From Chiloscyllium plagiosum (taxonomy: Eukaryota): a stretch of DNA of 64,000 nucleotides. The stretch lies in NCBI RefSeq assembly GCF_004010195.1, contig NC_057753.1:754330-818329 (forward strand), given 5' to 3'. A program made the translations under genes and the position numbers. Position 1 is the stretch's first letter. Each line of letters begins with the position of its first letter. This document shows positions 40,201 to 51,519 of the stretch, in pieces. Below the pieces are notes generated by a model. That model was not told where the DNA came from. It made no database searches and saw only the letters and a program-made list of their open reading frames with translations.

Positions 40201-42199
40201 TCACCTCTCTCCTTTTCATAAAATAAAAAAAGGCAAATTCTGAAAAATATCAGCCTTCCTGGTAGCATTTGTGGAGAGAAAGAGACAGGATATATTTCCA
40301 ATCTGATATGACTCTGGTACACCTTTCTCTTCTACAAATCGCATTGTGAACGAACTGTTGCACGTTTACAGGTTTCCTAGTGCCCGTGTCCTTTCTACAT
40401 CATCTGGACGAATCCAGTCCATATCAGCGTGCAGGAAGGGTAATGGTGAAGATCAAGAGCGATTTCATCATCTACTGGCCTTGGCATGTGCTGAATATCA
40501 GAGTGGACATTATTAATGTGAATTCGAGCTAATGTAACTGCAGTATTTGTTGGAAAGTGTCACAAAACTATTGTTATCACAGTGCATGATGGAGCGGACA
40601 TAAACACATGAACGAAGACTTCAGTTTGCAGGTGAAATCAATTCTTATGCAGGGCGATGCAGTTACCAAGACTTATATCCCATGGAAGGTATTGCAGCAT
40701 TTTGATATCTAACTTTCCATCAAAACGATACAGTTTGTTGACAGTGTGCTTGCTGGAGATCATGGGACAGCGCTCATGTATGAAAGGACCGAACTGTATA
40801 ATCAACTCGATTACTCATTCGCAGTTTGATAGCTGCCGCCGTGGTGTAATATTTCATTGTAAAATTTCACGTGATATTTTCTAGTGTTATTGATGACGTA
40901 ACTGCTCAGTAGTGATAGACGTCGGGGATTGATAAGTAGTTAGCAACAGACCAATACAAAAAGCTAAGAGATTGTTCATCTCGGGCTTTTGTAATATCAA
41001 AACTGTGGCTGTGGCTGAATTTGAACAAATGGCAGAGAAAATGAATTCGAAAATATAGTGTCTTTGAGCTAAAAGTTTGATGGGTGAACAAGAAGTGCAA
41101 TTTAGGATCTTGGCAGCAGAGTTCGCATTAGGTTTACTCCAAAGAATTTGAGATTGGGATCTCAGCGTAGAGAATGGCGAAAGAATCTAGAATACCTTTG
41201 AAGAGCTTGGAATTTCTGGTTGCAGGTCAGCTGAGACATTTTCGAGAGAGGAGTTGGTTTGAAGGAACAAACAAATGGTTCTGCTGATGACTGTATTAAG
41301 TAGTCTAGTGATTATAACAAGGTAACGAGTAAACGCCAGTTTCTAAGGAGTGTCGTCAGATGATTGCATTGGCGGCAATAGCGTTTGTGTAGGGGAACAC
41401 ATTTGTTTAATTTAATGATGAAAACGGATCGGCATCTACCGCAGGACAAGGATCATAGCTGGGGGATAAACAATTTTGATGCGATTAGGCAAGATTTAGG
41501 ATGCATCTGATTAGGACGGAAACTGCAGAGGTTGGGCACAATTTTGCTCCCTTAAATACATAAACAAGGCCTCCAGATTACTTTTGTGTCCAGTGTGTAA
41601 ATACACGTCAGTTGACTAATCAAAACCAAAATACCACAAAAATGAAACGCTTGCTAAAAGTTATTTCCTGGTAATTATATGAGATGAAATTGCCTCGTTA
41701 GCAGGAAACTTAAAGCAGATTATTGGAAATAAATCATTAATATTTTGAGAAGTGGCTTTTTTTATAATAGAAAGGTATGCTTTAGTAAGTGCATAAACAA
41801 TAAGAATGGGTGACAAGGTGTATGGAGGCGTGTTACAGAACCTCCTCTCTCGGAGGCTGAAAGTACATTGATTAATTGTGGGACAGTTGAAATGAAGAAT
41901 TCTACAGAGGCTAGTGCATCAATGCATATTTCTCACACGTTTTCAGCTCGAGGAAATTTTAGAGTTAGAGTTGAGTGAAGCCATTGGGAGCTTGAGGACA
42001 AGGAAGGGAATTCTGAAATCGAAGGATGGCTTGACATGGCAAAATTAGGTCACAAAGCACAGAGCCTCGTGCTTGGCCTGAGATTCAGACACTGATAGAA
42101 GGCGAATAGAAAACCTAAATTAGAAAGTGGGAGTTTGGCCAGGGATGCATTTTCGACATTGTACAAATTTATGACTTAATGTTTGAACAGTTGATAAGC

Positions 42200-43185
42200 T
42201 TACCGTCAAAAAAGACAGTGATGTTTGATATAAAAGTAGGTTGTCTTAACGAGGAAGTTGAGTGGCGACCTATAGAGTTTGATAAAACCATGAGAACCAT
42301 GTATAAGGTAAATATCAAAGTAATTCCCTAGCGGATAGGATTTCAAACCTAGAATGGATAGGTTTAAGTTGAGAAGGAAAAGATTTGAAAGGGATCTGCG
42401 TTTCGGGTTTTTTTTTTTGCACAGAGGATGGTGTGTATATGGAATGAACTGCCAGAGGAAGTGACAGAAGTGGTAGTGTTTCAAAATTTAAACGAGTTTG
42501 GGAATGTACATGAAGAGGACATGTCTGTAGAATATGGACCAAGTATCAGCAAATGAAGAAGGCGCTTGGAATGCTTTTCTTTATTGGTCAGTACACTGAG
42601 TCTGAGTTGGAAGGTCATGTAACAGCTGCACAGGCTATTGCTTCGGCCGCTTTTGGATTATTTTCTGCAATGCTGGTCTCCCCGCTTTGGGAAGGACGTT
42701 CTGAAACTTGAGAGACTTCAGAAAAGATTTACAAGGCTGTTTCTAGGGTTGAAGAATTTGAGCTGTAGGAGAGGCTGAATTGGCTGGGAGTATTTCCCTT
42801 GGTGCGTTAGAAGCTCATTTGTGACCTTATCGAAGTTTATAAAATTATGAATGGCAATGAGAAATAGACAACGTATTTTTCCCTGCGTGGGTGAGTCTAA
42901 AGCTCAAGGGCAGGTGATTAAGATGAGAACGGAAAGATATGAAAGACTTCTAAAGGACATTTTTTTCTCACTGAAGACGGTGCGTTTATGGAATGAACTG
43001 CCAGTTGGAGGTTTACAAAATTACCATCTTCAAATTGCATCTGAATGGGACATGAATAAAAATAGTTTAGAGGGATATGGGCCAGGTGCTGGCAAATCGG
43101 ACAAAGCTAATTTAGGATATCTGGTTGGCATGGACGAGTTGGACCAAAGCGTTTCTTTCTTTGTTATCAATGATTCTATGACCCT
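42200..43185 (+). mobile_element. Two adjacent CR1-like LINE 3' fragments
   Basis: Repeated RT C-terminus and 3' UTR motifs (..VRLWNELP..). Confidence 0.75.
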
Positions 43186-43466
43186 AAATGGCACATGTTC
43201 AATTTGGGAAATCTGGTCAGCGTGGACGATTTTGAATGAAATGTTTCTTTCTGCTCTTTGGACTCTATCAGTTGATCTGGTTTGGAGCTCACCTTAAAGT
43301 GCAGTATGATGCCAACTTTACGAGTGACTTATTATAGCAACATGATATCTTGATACAATAACGTGACTTTTTTGGTATAATTTGACATTAATCGGTTGTA
43401 CATGACATCACAGAAACAAGTTAATCATCTATACACAAGAGAGTAAACCTTAATTTGTAATTTTAG

Positions 43467-43781
43467 GAGTAGAGCTTTCTCCACCAGTCATCAGTCTACA
43501 GTACTCTGCAGCTGAAGAATAGAAGGCAAACGGATTTCTGATTTGTCTAATTAGTGGATACTATCCTGAAGCAATTGCAGTGACCTGGCAAAAGAACGGA
43601 AATACCATAAGTCCTGGCTTTACAAGTACATCTCCAACGAAAACAGTGACCAATGATTTTAGTTCTACAAATTTGCTTAAAGTGCCCCTGCAGAAATGGA
43701 GCAGCGGCTCTGTGTACAGTTGTCAAGTTTCCCATTCTGCTCCCAATAGTAACCAGAGAAAAGAAATTAGTTCAACATCGT
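43467..43781 (+). pseudogene. IgNAR: IgNAR C1 exon (premature stop)
   Basis: ttttag|GA GTA GAG... translates GVELSPPVISLQYSAAEE*KANGFLICLISGYYPEAIAVTWQKNGNTISPGFTSTSPTKTVTNDFSSTNLLKVPLQKWSSGSVYSCQVSHSAPNSNQRKEISSTS, then gtaag at 43782. In-frame TAG at 43520-43522 (Gln in intact genes) and about 2 codons deleted before the first Cys. Confidence 0.95.
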
Positions 43782-44619
43782 GTAAGAAAGCTAGACAACC
43801 CCACAGGCTCAAATTCATTACCATAATCATTTTTGTAATAAATATTAGACAAGATGGAAAATTATTTTGTTGGTTTATTACTGCGGATGAAGCATTCTTG
43901 AAATAATTGCAGTAAGTAATATAAATGGCAATTTATAGTCCAGAGAAATGTTACAGCAAAACTGAGTGGAAATGAACTAGGTACCTAAAGCTGCTCTTTT
44001 GCAAAGTAGAAAATAACATTTGAAATTATTTCTCTTTGCTCTGTATAGGTCTGACTGAAATAACCAAAGGCCTTGGAAGAAGACAGGAAAAGATACAGAT
44101 ATACAGATATGAAGAAATCAACAGAATGAGAGAGATTAGTCAGCAAACCTCTTAAATGACAAGTTTAGACAAACTTTCTGGATATTCTCGGTATTAAAAA
44201 TTCTTTATAAAACGAGGTAGTCCCCTGCTTTGGCTAATTTACTTAGTCAATTGAGGGCAGCAAAAACACCTGAACAAGGCACACACTTCATCACAAAAGA
44301 ATAAATTTCAACAATGTGTATTTCTACTGCTGACACGAGTTTCGATTTGGTGTTTTCTGCTTCTGAGTGCTGCCACACAATTGTAGAAAGGATAAATTGG
44401 GAGGACAATGTTCAGAACAACTAAGGGGAGCAATACAGATGTTTGGTGAAACAGAGATAGAAATTTGTTATTGGAAGGGGATCGACATTAACAACAAATT
44501 TACACCAATATGTTCATTTAGAACATTCATTATGTAGATTGGCATTTGCACAGGACTTTAAATAACCTATCGGGGTTGACGATCTCAATGATTTTCTGTG
44601 GTTAAGATGCATCTTAATT

Positions 44620-45170
44620 TTCTCTGTCTCCACCTGTCTATCTTGATCTTGAACTCTCTTTTGTTCCTGTCAGTTTTCTCTGTCGTTGTCTATCAAACTG
44701 TTCGTCTCTGCCTCCTCTGATCGTTCTCGTTCTGTCATTTCATCTCTCTCTTCACTGATCGTGTTTCTATGTCTCGGTTTCTATGCTTCTCTACGTCTCG
44801 GAATTATTTCTACTTTTATCTTCGTGTTTCTGCAGATTGGAATAACTATTCGTGCACCAACCATTGTTGCACCTTTTGCTTCTCTTGCAATTTGCACCTG
44901 TCGGTATCCAAGCCTCTATTTCCTGTTTTCTTTCCCTCTAACCGTCTCCCTCCCTCTCTGACTCGATTCTTTGATCTGTCATCTCAAGCTCCCATTCACT
45001 AGCTTTATGTCTCTATATTTCTACCTGACTCGTAGTTTGCCTGTCTCTGCACCTGTCTTCCTGTCTCTCCAACTTTCTTTGTCTGTGTCTGTATATATTT
45101 GCTCACTACACCCGTCCACAAAAAACCCTCATTCATCAACATTTTTCTTACTTTCCGTTTTGCTTGCTCT
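44620..45170 (+). repeat. CT-rich low-complexity tract between C1 and C2
   Basis: Degenerate (tctctg)n-like sequence with three CACCTGTC copies. Confidence 0.7.
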
Positions 45171-45171
45171 A

Positions 45172-45427
45172 TGGATCAATTAAAGTGCCACTCTGGTTCG
45201 TGAAGTGCTTTCGACAGTTTCCACTGAGGTAGTTATCTCTTGGATAGTGGATGGAAAGTTGCGGAATGAAGGCGTTCAAATTGAAGCAGCGAACAGAAAC
45301 CAATATCTGACCATCAACTGCTTGACCAGCAGCGTGGACGAGTGGCAGAGTGGGATGCAAAGTACATGTTCTGCAAAACAGGATCAATAATCGACCGCAG
45401 TATCAAGACGAACAAGAATGGCAAGAG
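45172..45427 (+). pseudogene. IgNAR: IgNAR C2 exon, 5'-truncated, two stops
   Basis: WIN*SATLVREVLSTVSTEVVISWIVDGKLRNEGVQIEAANRNQYLTINCLTSSVDEWQSGMQSTCSAKQDQ*STAVSRRTRMAR, then gttggt donor. TAA at 45181 and 45388; the first canonical Cys is Arg (CGT); no acceptor AG and about 14 N-terminal codons are missing. Confidence 0.93.
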
Positions 45428-45506
45428 GTTGGTGGCAAGAAATATCTATTGTACATGTCACTTTATTAACGAGGAAAGACTAAATTTGTCTATACTTGTA
45501 TTACAG

Positions 45507-45805
45507 TCAAATCAATGAAGTCATACGTGACCTGATGAAATTCAGAACAGCAGCTCTGCTACTTTTGCATGTTTGATAAGAGTATTCTATCCTGACAAAA
45601 CAGGCGTTTTCTGGGAGAAAGATGGAGCTTCTGTCACCACGAACATCACCACTTTCCCCACTGCACTAGAACAGGACCTGACCTTCAGTGCACGGAACCT
45701 CCTAGTTTTACCGAGTGGAATAGAATAGCCGAGCAGAATACACTTGTACTGCCTTGCACCCACCTTCACAGTCCACTGCGAAAGGGGTCATCAGGAGCCC
45801 GAAAG
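45507..45805 (+). pseudogene. IgNAR: IgNAR C3 exon (frameshifts, stops)
   Basis: ttacag| acceptor. Pieces read ...PDEIQNSSSATFACLIRVFYPDKTGVFWEKDGASVTTNITTFPTALEQDLTFSARNLLVL.. and VE*NSRAEYTCTALHPPSQSTAKGVIRSPK|gtaag. A deletion near 45530 gives TGA TGA (45533-45538), a second frameshift lies near 45714, and Trp is TAG at 45721. Confidence 0.93.
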
Positions 45806-46984
45806 GTAAGGATAGCGTTTCAGCAAACATTTCCACAATTAATGCTTTGCGCTAAATATCAATAGGACATGAAATCTTAACCAAACATTCCAAGGTTCCA
45901 GCAATTTTAAAATGTACAAGATCTCTTGGAATGAAACAACTTTAGCACACTGCACATGGCTATGAGGTAAACAGGAGAAGCAATAACATCCAACAAGCGC
46001 ATGGTCTCAAGCAGTCTGAAGATTGCTGATATAAAGAATGGAGGGTCCCTCTTCTGGCGCATTGCCTCTTGTGGAACTCGGGACCAAGAGGCTCGTGTTT
46101 ACTTCCCACCACCTCCACAGTTGTGTGTTGAGCTATCTGAGCAGATTAACGAGAAAAATAGGTTAGTTGAAAACTTATATTAAGAAAAATAGCTTAATTG
46201 CAAGATTAATGCTTGAAGGCGTGTTGTCTTTCGACAAGAAAAAAGTTTTTGAGAGGATGATTGTATCGACAAGATTTTGTATTTTGCTTGCTTCAGTCAC
46301 TGCTTCATGCTCCTCCTTTGATGCCAGCTTGAGTGGTTGCTGACAGTCAACTAAAACGTACTTAGAAATGCAAACATTTCTTAACAAATAGGGCTAATGC
46401 ACATGAATTACCTTGCACGTTTCAAGGATTATATTCATCAGTCCTCCTCCCATAGACGTCACAGAAACAGACAAATAATTGTGTTATTGATGAGAATAAT
46501 TCTTGCAATGTACGGAATTGGCTGTACTTCCCGCTGTCTGCTTAGTTGCTGGATCTCACCCGATTGTGTTATGGGCTGTGCAAAAGCCCGTTCATATCCT
46601 TAAAGAAACGAGTAGCAATACATCAAGTTTGCAACACTGATCTCTAGTCTGTGGTCAAGGAAATAGATTAATGGGCTGTGACAAACTTCTGGTCATTCAC
46701 TTGCTGTAGAATGGGATGGCTATATTATTTTTCTCCTGCTGATTTATTGAGAATGATCAGTCAAGGGAATATCCATCAAAGAAGCTTGCTTACCAATATC
46801 GTTTATATCAATATGATTTTCCATTTTCCTGTCCACAGTAATGCAAGACATTCATGTGATAATGTGAGAGTACTCAGTTCAGGTTTTCGATGCAAACTTG
46901 TCTCTGATAAGATCATCTCAGCCGTACACAGTAAATTCTGAAATTACTTGCTTTCAAAAGTCATTGATAAAAGTCTGATTTTTG

Positions 46985-48030
46985 TTTCTAACGAGCGGAG
47001 AAAGTGGCGAGCTGTAAGAACACAGAGGCTGGTGATTGGTCGGAAATATTCATCCTGGAGTTCAGTTCCTAGTGGTTTACTACAAGGATGTGTTTTGGGA
47101 CCACTACTGTTTTTCATTCTTGTAAATGACCTGGATGAGTACATTCTCAGTTAACACGAAGACCAATAGAGATGTGGATAGTGCTGAAGGATGTTTCCAG
47201 GTTACCGAGGGACAGAGGCAAGCTGCAAAGCTGGGCTGAGAGGTGCCAAATTGAGCTTAATGCGGAAAGGTGTGAGGTGGTTCACTTTAGAAAGAGTAAA
47301 ATGAATAAAGAGTATGGGGCAATTGGTAAGATTTTTGTAAGTGCAGATGACCAGAGGAATGTCAGTGCCCATGTGCAGAGATCCTTGGAAGTTGCCAATC
47401 AGATTGATGAAGTTATTAACAAGGCATACGATGTGTTAGTTTTGATTGGTGTAGGGACTAAGTTTCGGAACCATGAGTTCATGCTGCCTCTGTGCAAAGC
47501 TCTAGTGCGGCCACGCTTGGAGAATTGCGTTCAGTTCTGGTCACCACAGTATAGTAAGAATTTGGAAGTTTTGGAAACGGCTCAAAGGAGATTTTCTAGG
47601 ATGTTGACTAATATGGAAGGAAGGACTTATGAGGAAACGCTGATGGACTTGAGACTGTTTTCGTCAGATAGAAGAAGTTTGAGAGGTGACTTAATTGAAA
47701 CATAGACTGAAATAGGGTGGACAGTGAGAACCTGTTTCCTCAAAAGTCAATGGATTGCTGGCGGGGATGTAGCTTTAACTTATGGGTGATAGATAAAGGA
47801 CAGAGATCAGAGGTAGTTTTTCTACTCAGAGTGTCGTAGGGGTATGGAACGCACTGCCTGCTGCAGTAGTAGACTAGACAAATTTAAGGGCAATTAAATG
47901 GTCATTGGATTGGCATATGGACGAGAATAGCATAGTGTACATTAGATTGGCTTCAGAGTAGTTTTACAAGTCGGGGAAGCATCGAGGGCCGAAGGACTCG
48001 TACTGCGTTGGAATGTTTCATGTTGCATGT
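46985..48030 (+). mobile_element. CR1-like LINE 3' portion in the C3-C4 intron
   Basis: SGLLQGCVLGPLLFFILVNDLD; LVRPRLENCVQFWSP; 3' tail. Confidence 0.88.
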
Positions 48031-49435
48031 TCCAGATGATTAATTTCATTCTGATTAGTTTGTTTTTCACAATTTCATTCCCGCCTCTATCACTTAATTG
48101 TATTAGCTGAAAGGTTTTGAAAAAGCAAGACTATTTGGATGGAACTGATCATGGAACGTAAAATATGAAGCACCTATTGAGGAAGAAATGGTAACAGAGC
48201 GCGACTGAACTCAGGTCGCGAATCAACAAATTCATATTAACAGTCTGCTCGGTTGAATAGAGACGAGGTGGAAGAGACGAACTCAGGACAGCCAGAAGTC
48301 AAGCAGGTATTTATACTTAACAACTTGGAATGCGAGACAGTAATGTTAGCAACAAGGAGTTGTTTGTGCAATAGTCTCCACCCAGGCAACCTGTCGGAGG
48401 CACTGGCGTAACAGAGGGACTGCATAAGCTTTACAGCATGCACACAAAATAAAATTATGCCATTTGAACTGCAGAATAGACACGGAACATCAGTCCGGAC
48501 AAGAAGTATTGAAACTTTCAGAGATAACTGGTTCTGTGAATACCGTAGGTGTATGAAAATTAACGGCAATAATATAAGCAGAACATTCAGGAATCTTCTT
48601 TTTATTTGTACTTTATGTTATGCATAAAGACAGGAACTATTATTGTACTAAGAGTGACCATTTTTCTTTAAGCAATCTAAAAGCACGCTTTTCCCTACCT
48701 TACGTATTCCTTTAAAGTTATCACGATTCTGAAAAAACTGTTAGCTTTGGCTATTCCCAATATCAGAGGTGCGAAGTGAAAGATAGGTGCTCACAATATT
48801 TTAGATTTCCTTACTTCACACTATTCAAAGAAGAGTTAAATTGAAAATCATCTCTTGAAAGGGCCCTTGACTGGAACTGAACTATGCAGTACGTATCTTT
48901 TATTTTTAAATAAAAGACTGCCGAGGTAATAGGACAGCAAAATCAGGTTAAAGGACGCAATCAAACAAAATGTAGATTAATACCAGGTGATTTTCTCCAT
49001 GAGTTCTTCTGAGACAGTGCAAATAATGTAACCTCATGAAGAGGGGACACATATGATATGTTTTTGCTCGTCTGGTATTGGATTCCGATAACTACAGTTC
49101 ATGTGGCACCAATTTATCTTCTAACATCAGTAACTGCAATAGGTGAAAATGTGCAGCACTCGAACGGAGACAATTAGACCTCAGTATACCCAAGGCAGAG
49201 CAGTTTCCAAATTGTGCAAGATTACATTGGAAATATTTCTGAAGGCCTATCCATAATATTCAGAGTGAATGCAACCAATACAAAAGGAGGACACAGCATC
49301 TGATTAATTAAGCCTAATCTATCTCAGAAAACAGATAACAGATCGCAGTAAATAAAACTATTTCCATCTCTTGTAATGTTTTGGAATTGATTTTGATATC
49401 GCAGCCTGAAAACATGCATTCTTTTCTGTTTCCAG

Positions 49436-49756
49436 GTGATTGCCGTCAGACAGATATTTCTGTCAAGCTACTGAAACCTCTGTTCGAAGAGATTTGGACA
49501 CAAAAGACAGTGAGCATTGTGTGTGAAATCGTTCATTGCAACTTAGAAAACATCAACGTTTTCTGGCAGGTGAATGGGGCTGAAACAACGAAAGGAGTCA
49601 AGACAGAAAATCCTGATTGGAACGGAAGCAAATTCACCATTGTGAGCAAACTTAAAGTCATTGCGTCAGAGTGGGACAGCAGTGCCGAATATGTTTGCTT
49701 GGTGGAAGACAGTGAATTACCACCACCAATGAAAGCGTCTCTCAAAAAGGCAACTA
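49436..49756 (+). pseudogene. IgNAR: IgNAR C4 exon (reading frame intact)
   Basis: tttccag|GT GAT TGC...: DCRQTDISVKLLKPLFEEIWTQKTVSIVCEIVHCNLENINVFWQVNGAETTKGVKTENPDWNGSKFTIVSKLKVIASEWDSSAEYVCLVEDSELPPPMKASLKKAT|gtaag. Both canonical Cys, the Trp and the N-terminal DC motif are retained. Confidence 0.96.
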
Positions 49757-50014
49757 GTAAGTGGGGATAGTACTGCAATAACAACAAAATAGAGTCGATT
49801 TCGGAAGTCTGAAATGAAAAAAAAAATGTTTCGAAGAAACAGAACAGGAATGGCAGGATCTGTGGAGAGAAAAATAGGGTGAACCTTTCCGGTCCAGTGA
49901 ATCTTTCCAGAAATAGTAGCTTACAATCCTTTGATACAAGCCTCACTCAAACACTAGTCCAACGGAAAACAAAAATCCTGTCAAGTCATTGATGCATTGC
50001 ACTAAATGGCCCCA

Positions 50015-50275
50015 AGTCAGCAGCAGCAAGTGGCTCACTGGTTTGCACTGCTGCCTCAGAGCACCAGGGTACAGGTTCAATTCCAACTCTGTGTAGAGGG
50101 TTCCCATGTTCACGTGGGCTTCCAAAGCGGGCTCCATTTCTCGTCTACAGTCCAAATATGTGCATGTTAGATGGATTGGCAATGAGTAATGTGCTTTTGT
50201 GCGTAGTGGCTCTTGGAGGGATGCTGTTTGGCGTGTGGTTATGGGCTTGTGCCGAATAGATTGTTAAAACACAAT
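50015..50275 (+). mobile_element. Decayed tRNA-derived SINE in the C4-C5 intron
   Basis: gtggctcactggtttgcactgctgcctcagagc...ggttcaattcc. Confidence 0.7.
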
Positions 50276-50568
50276 GAGGAAATCATGGAAAGCCAATAGT
50301 CGTGGCGTCTTATTTTCTGAAAATGAGCGTGAAGAACTACAAGTGGTTGAATCATTTGCACCCCACGAATATTAATCTTTGCAAAATGTATGATTGGCTC
50401 CAAGATTTAAACCAGCAAAGTAAGGGACATGAAGTACTACAGCATTTAGAAATATTCACATAGTCTGACAGATAGGAAATATTGTATAAACTACATGCAT
50501 TACTAACAATGAAATTCTAATGCAGATGTAAGATAGTCTCCGTTAAATAAACATCACTCATTTTGCAG

Positions 50569-50951
50569 ATGACAAAATGCATCCTCCTCAAGTTTATCTC
50601 CTGCATCCATCGACGGACGAGATTGACACTGAGAATTCAGCGACCCTGATGTGTCAAGCCACCAGCTTTTACCCAGCTGAGATTTACATTGGCTGGATGG
50701 CCAATGACACCCTTTCAGATACCGGGTACCGAACCAAATAGATAGATAGGAGGGGAATTATTCCAAATTCGTGACTAGCAGGTAGAGAGTCACAGCGGCG
50801 GAATGGAACAGTGACACCACTTACTCCTGCTTACTTGGGACACCCATCCATCAGCCCGGAGTTAATCAGAAGTACAAATAAATCTCATGGTAAACCGACA
50901 TCAGTCAATGTTTCAGTCGCACTAAGCGACATTGTTAAATCCTGCACATAA
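50569..50951 (+). pseudogene. IgNAR: IgNAR C5 exon plus secretory tailpiece
   Basis: ttttgcag|..DKMHPPQVYLLHPSTDEIDTENSATLMCQATSFYPAEIYIGWMANDTLSDTGYRTK* (TAG 50739), frameshift, FVTSR*RVTAAEWNSDTTYSCL, frameshift, GHPSISPELIRSTNKSH G|gtaaac (internal donor for the membrane form at 50890), then tail GKPTSVNVSVALSDIVKSCT* ending 50951 with an NxS site and penultimate Cys. Confidence 0.95.
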
Positions 50952-51271
50952 CTTGCAGTGATTGACTAACTGTTTTCCATAGATAGGTTAATGTGACTAT
51001 GGGAATAACTGTTTAAGTAACTGTTTAAGCATTTCCAATTCATTACAAGCATCAGTCACATTTATGATCAGTGATCACTTTTGTAAAAAAGAAAGTATCC
51101 ACTATTCTAAATTGCATCTGTTGGTAAAAGATAATTAAGCTTAGACTCTGAAATGCAAGGAAAGCCTTGTCTTGTAAATCTAATCGTTCCGAAGATCGCT
51201 TGAAACGTTCCACCCCGCTACTGCAGGAAAACTAAACCGTGTTTAAGTCTGTATGTGGCTCCGATGGTTGT

Positions 51272-51277
51272 AATAAA
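51272..51277 (+). terminator. Probable polyadenylation signal of the secretory IgNAR transcript
   Basis: First AATAAA seen after the secretory stop codon, about 320 nt downstream. Confidence 0.55.
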
Positions 51278-51519
51278 TGCAGAATGGAAATACTTTGACT
51301 TACTTATTCTTGGTTTGCATGTATAGTACTTCCAGAAAGATGATTTTGACCTTGATTGAAATGTGTGTGAGACTCACTTGTGAGACACCAGCACTGCAGC
51401 TTGTTTACACGTGCAGAACTTTAGAGCCACTCGGCTTCACTCTGAGTAAGCCACACTTATCCTCACCATTTTTGGCTGTACTCCTCCATCATGCAGAACC
51501 AATGGGGTATCGCATTGTG

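Noticed and set aside
44686-45002. Hydrophobic ORFs suggesting a membrane protein
   Set aside because: Derived from CT-rich low-complexity DNA.
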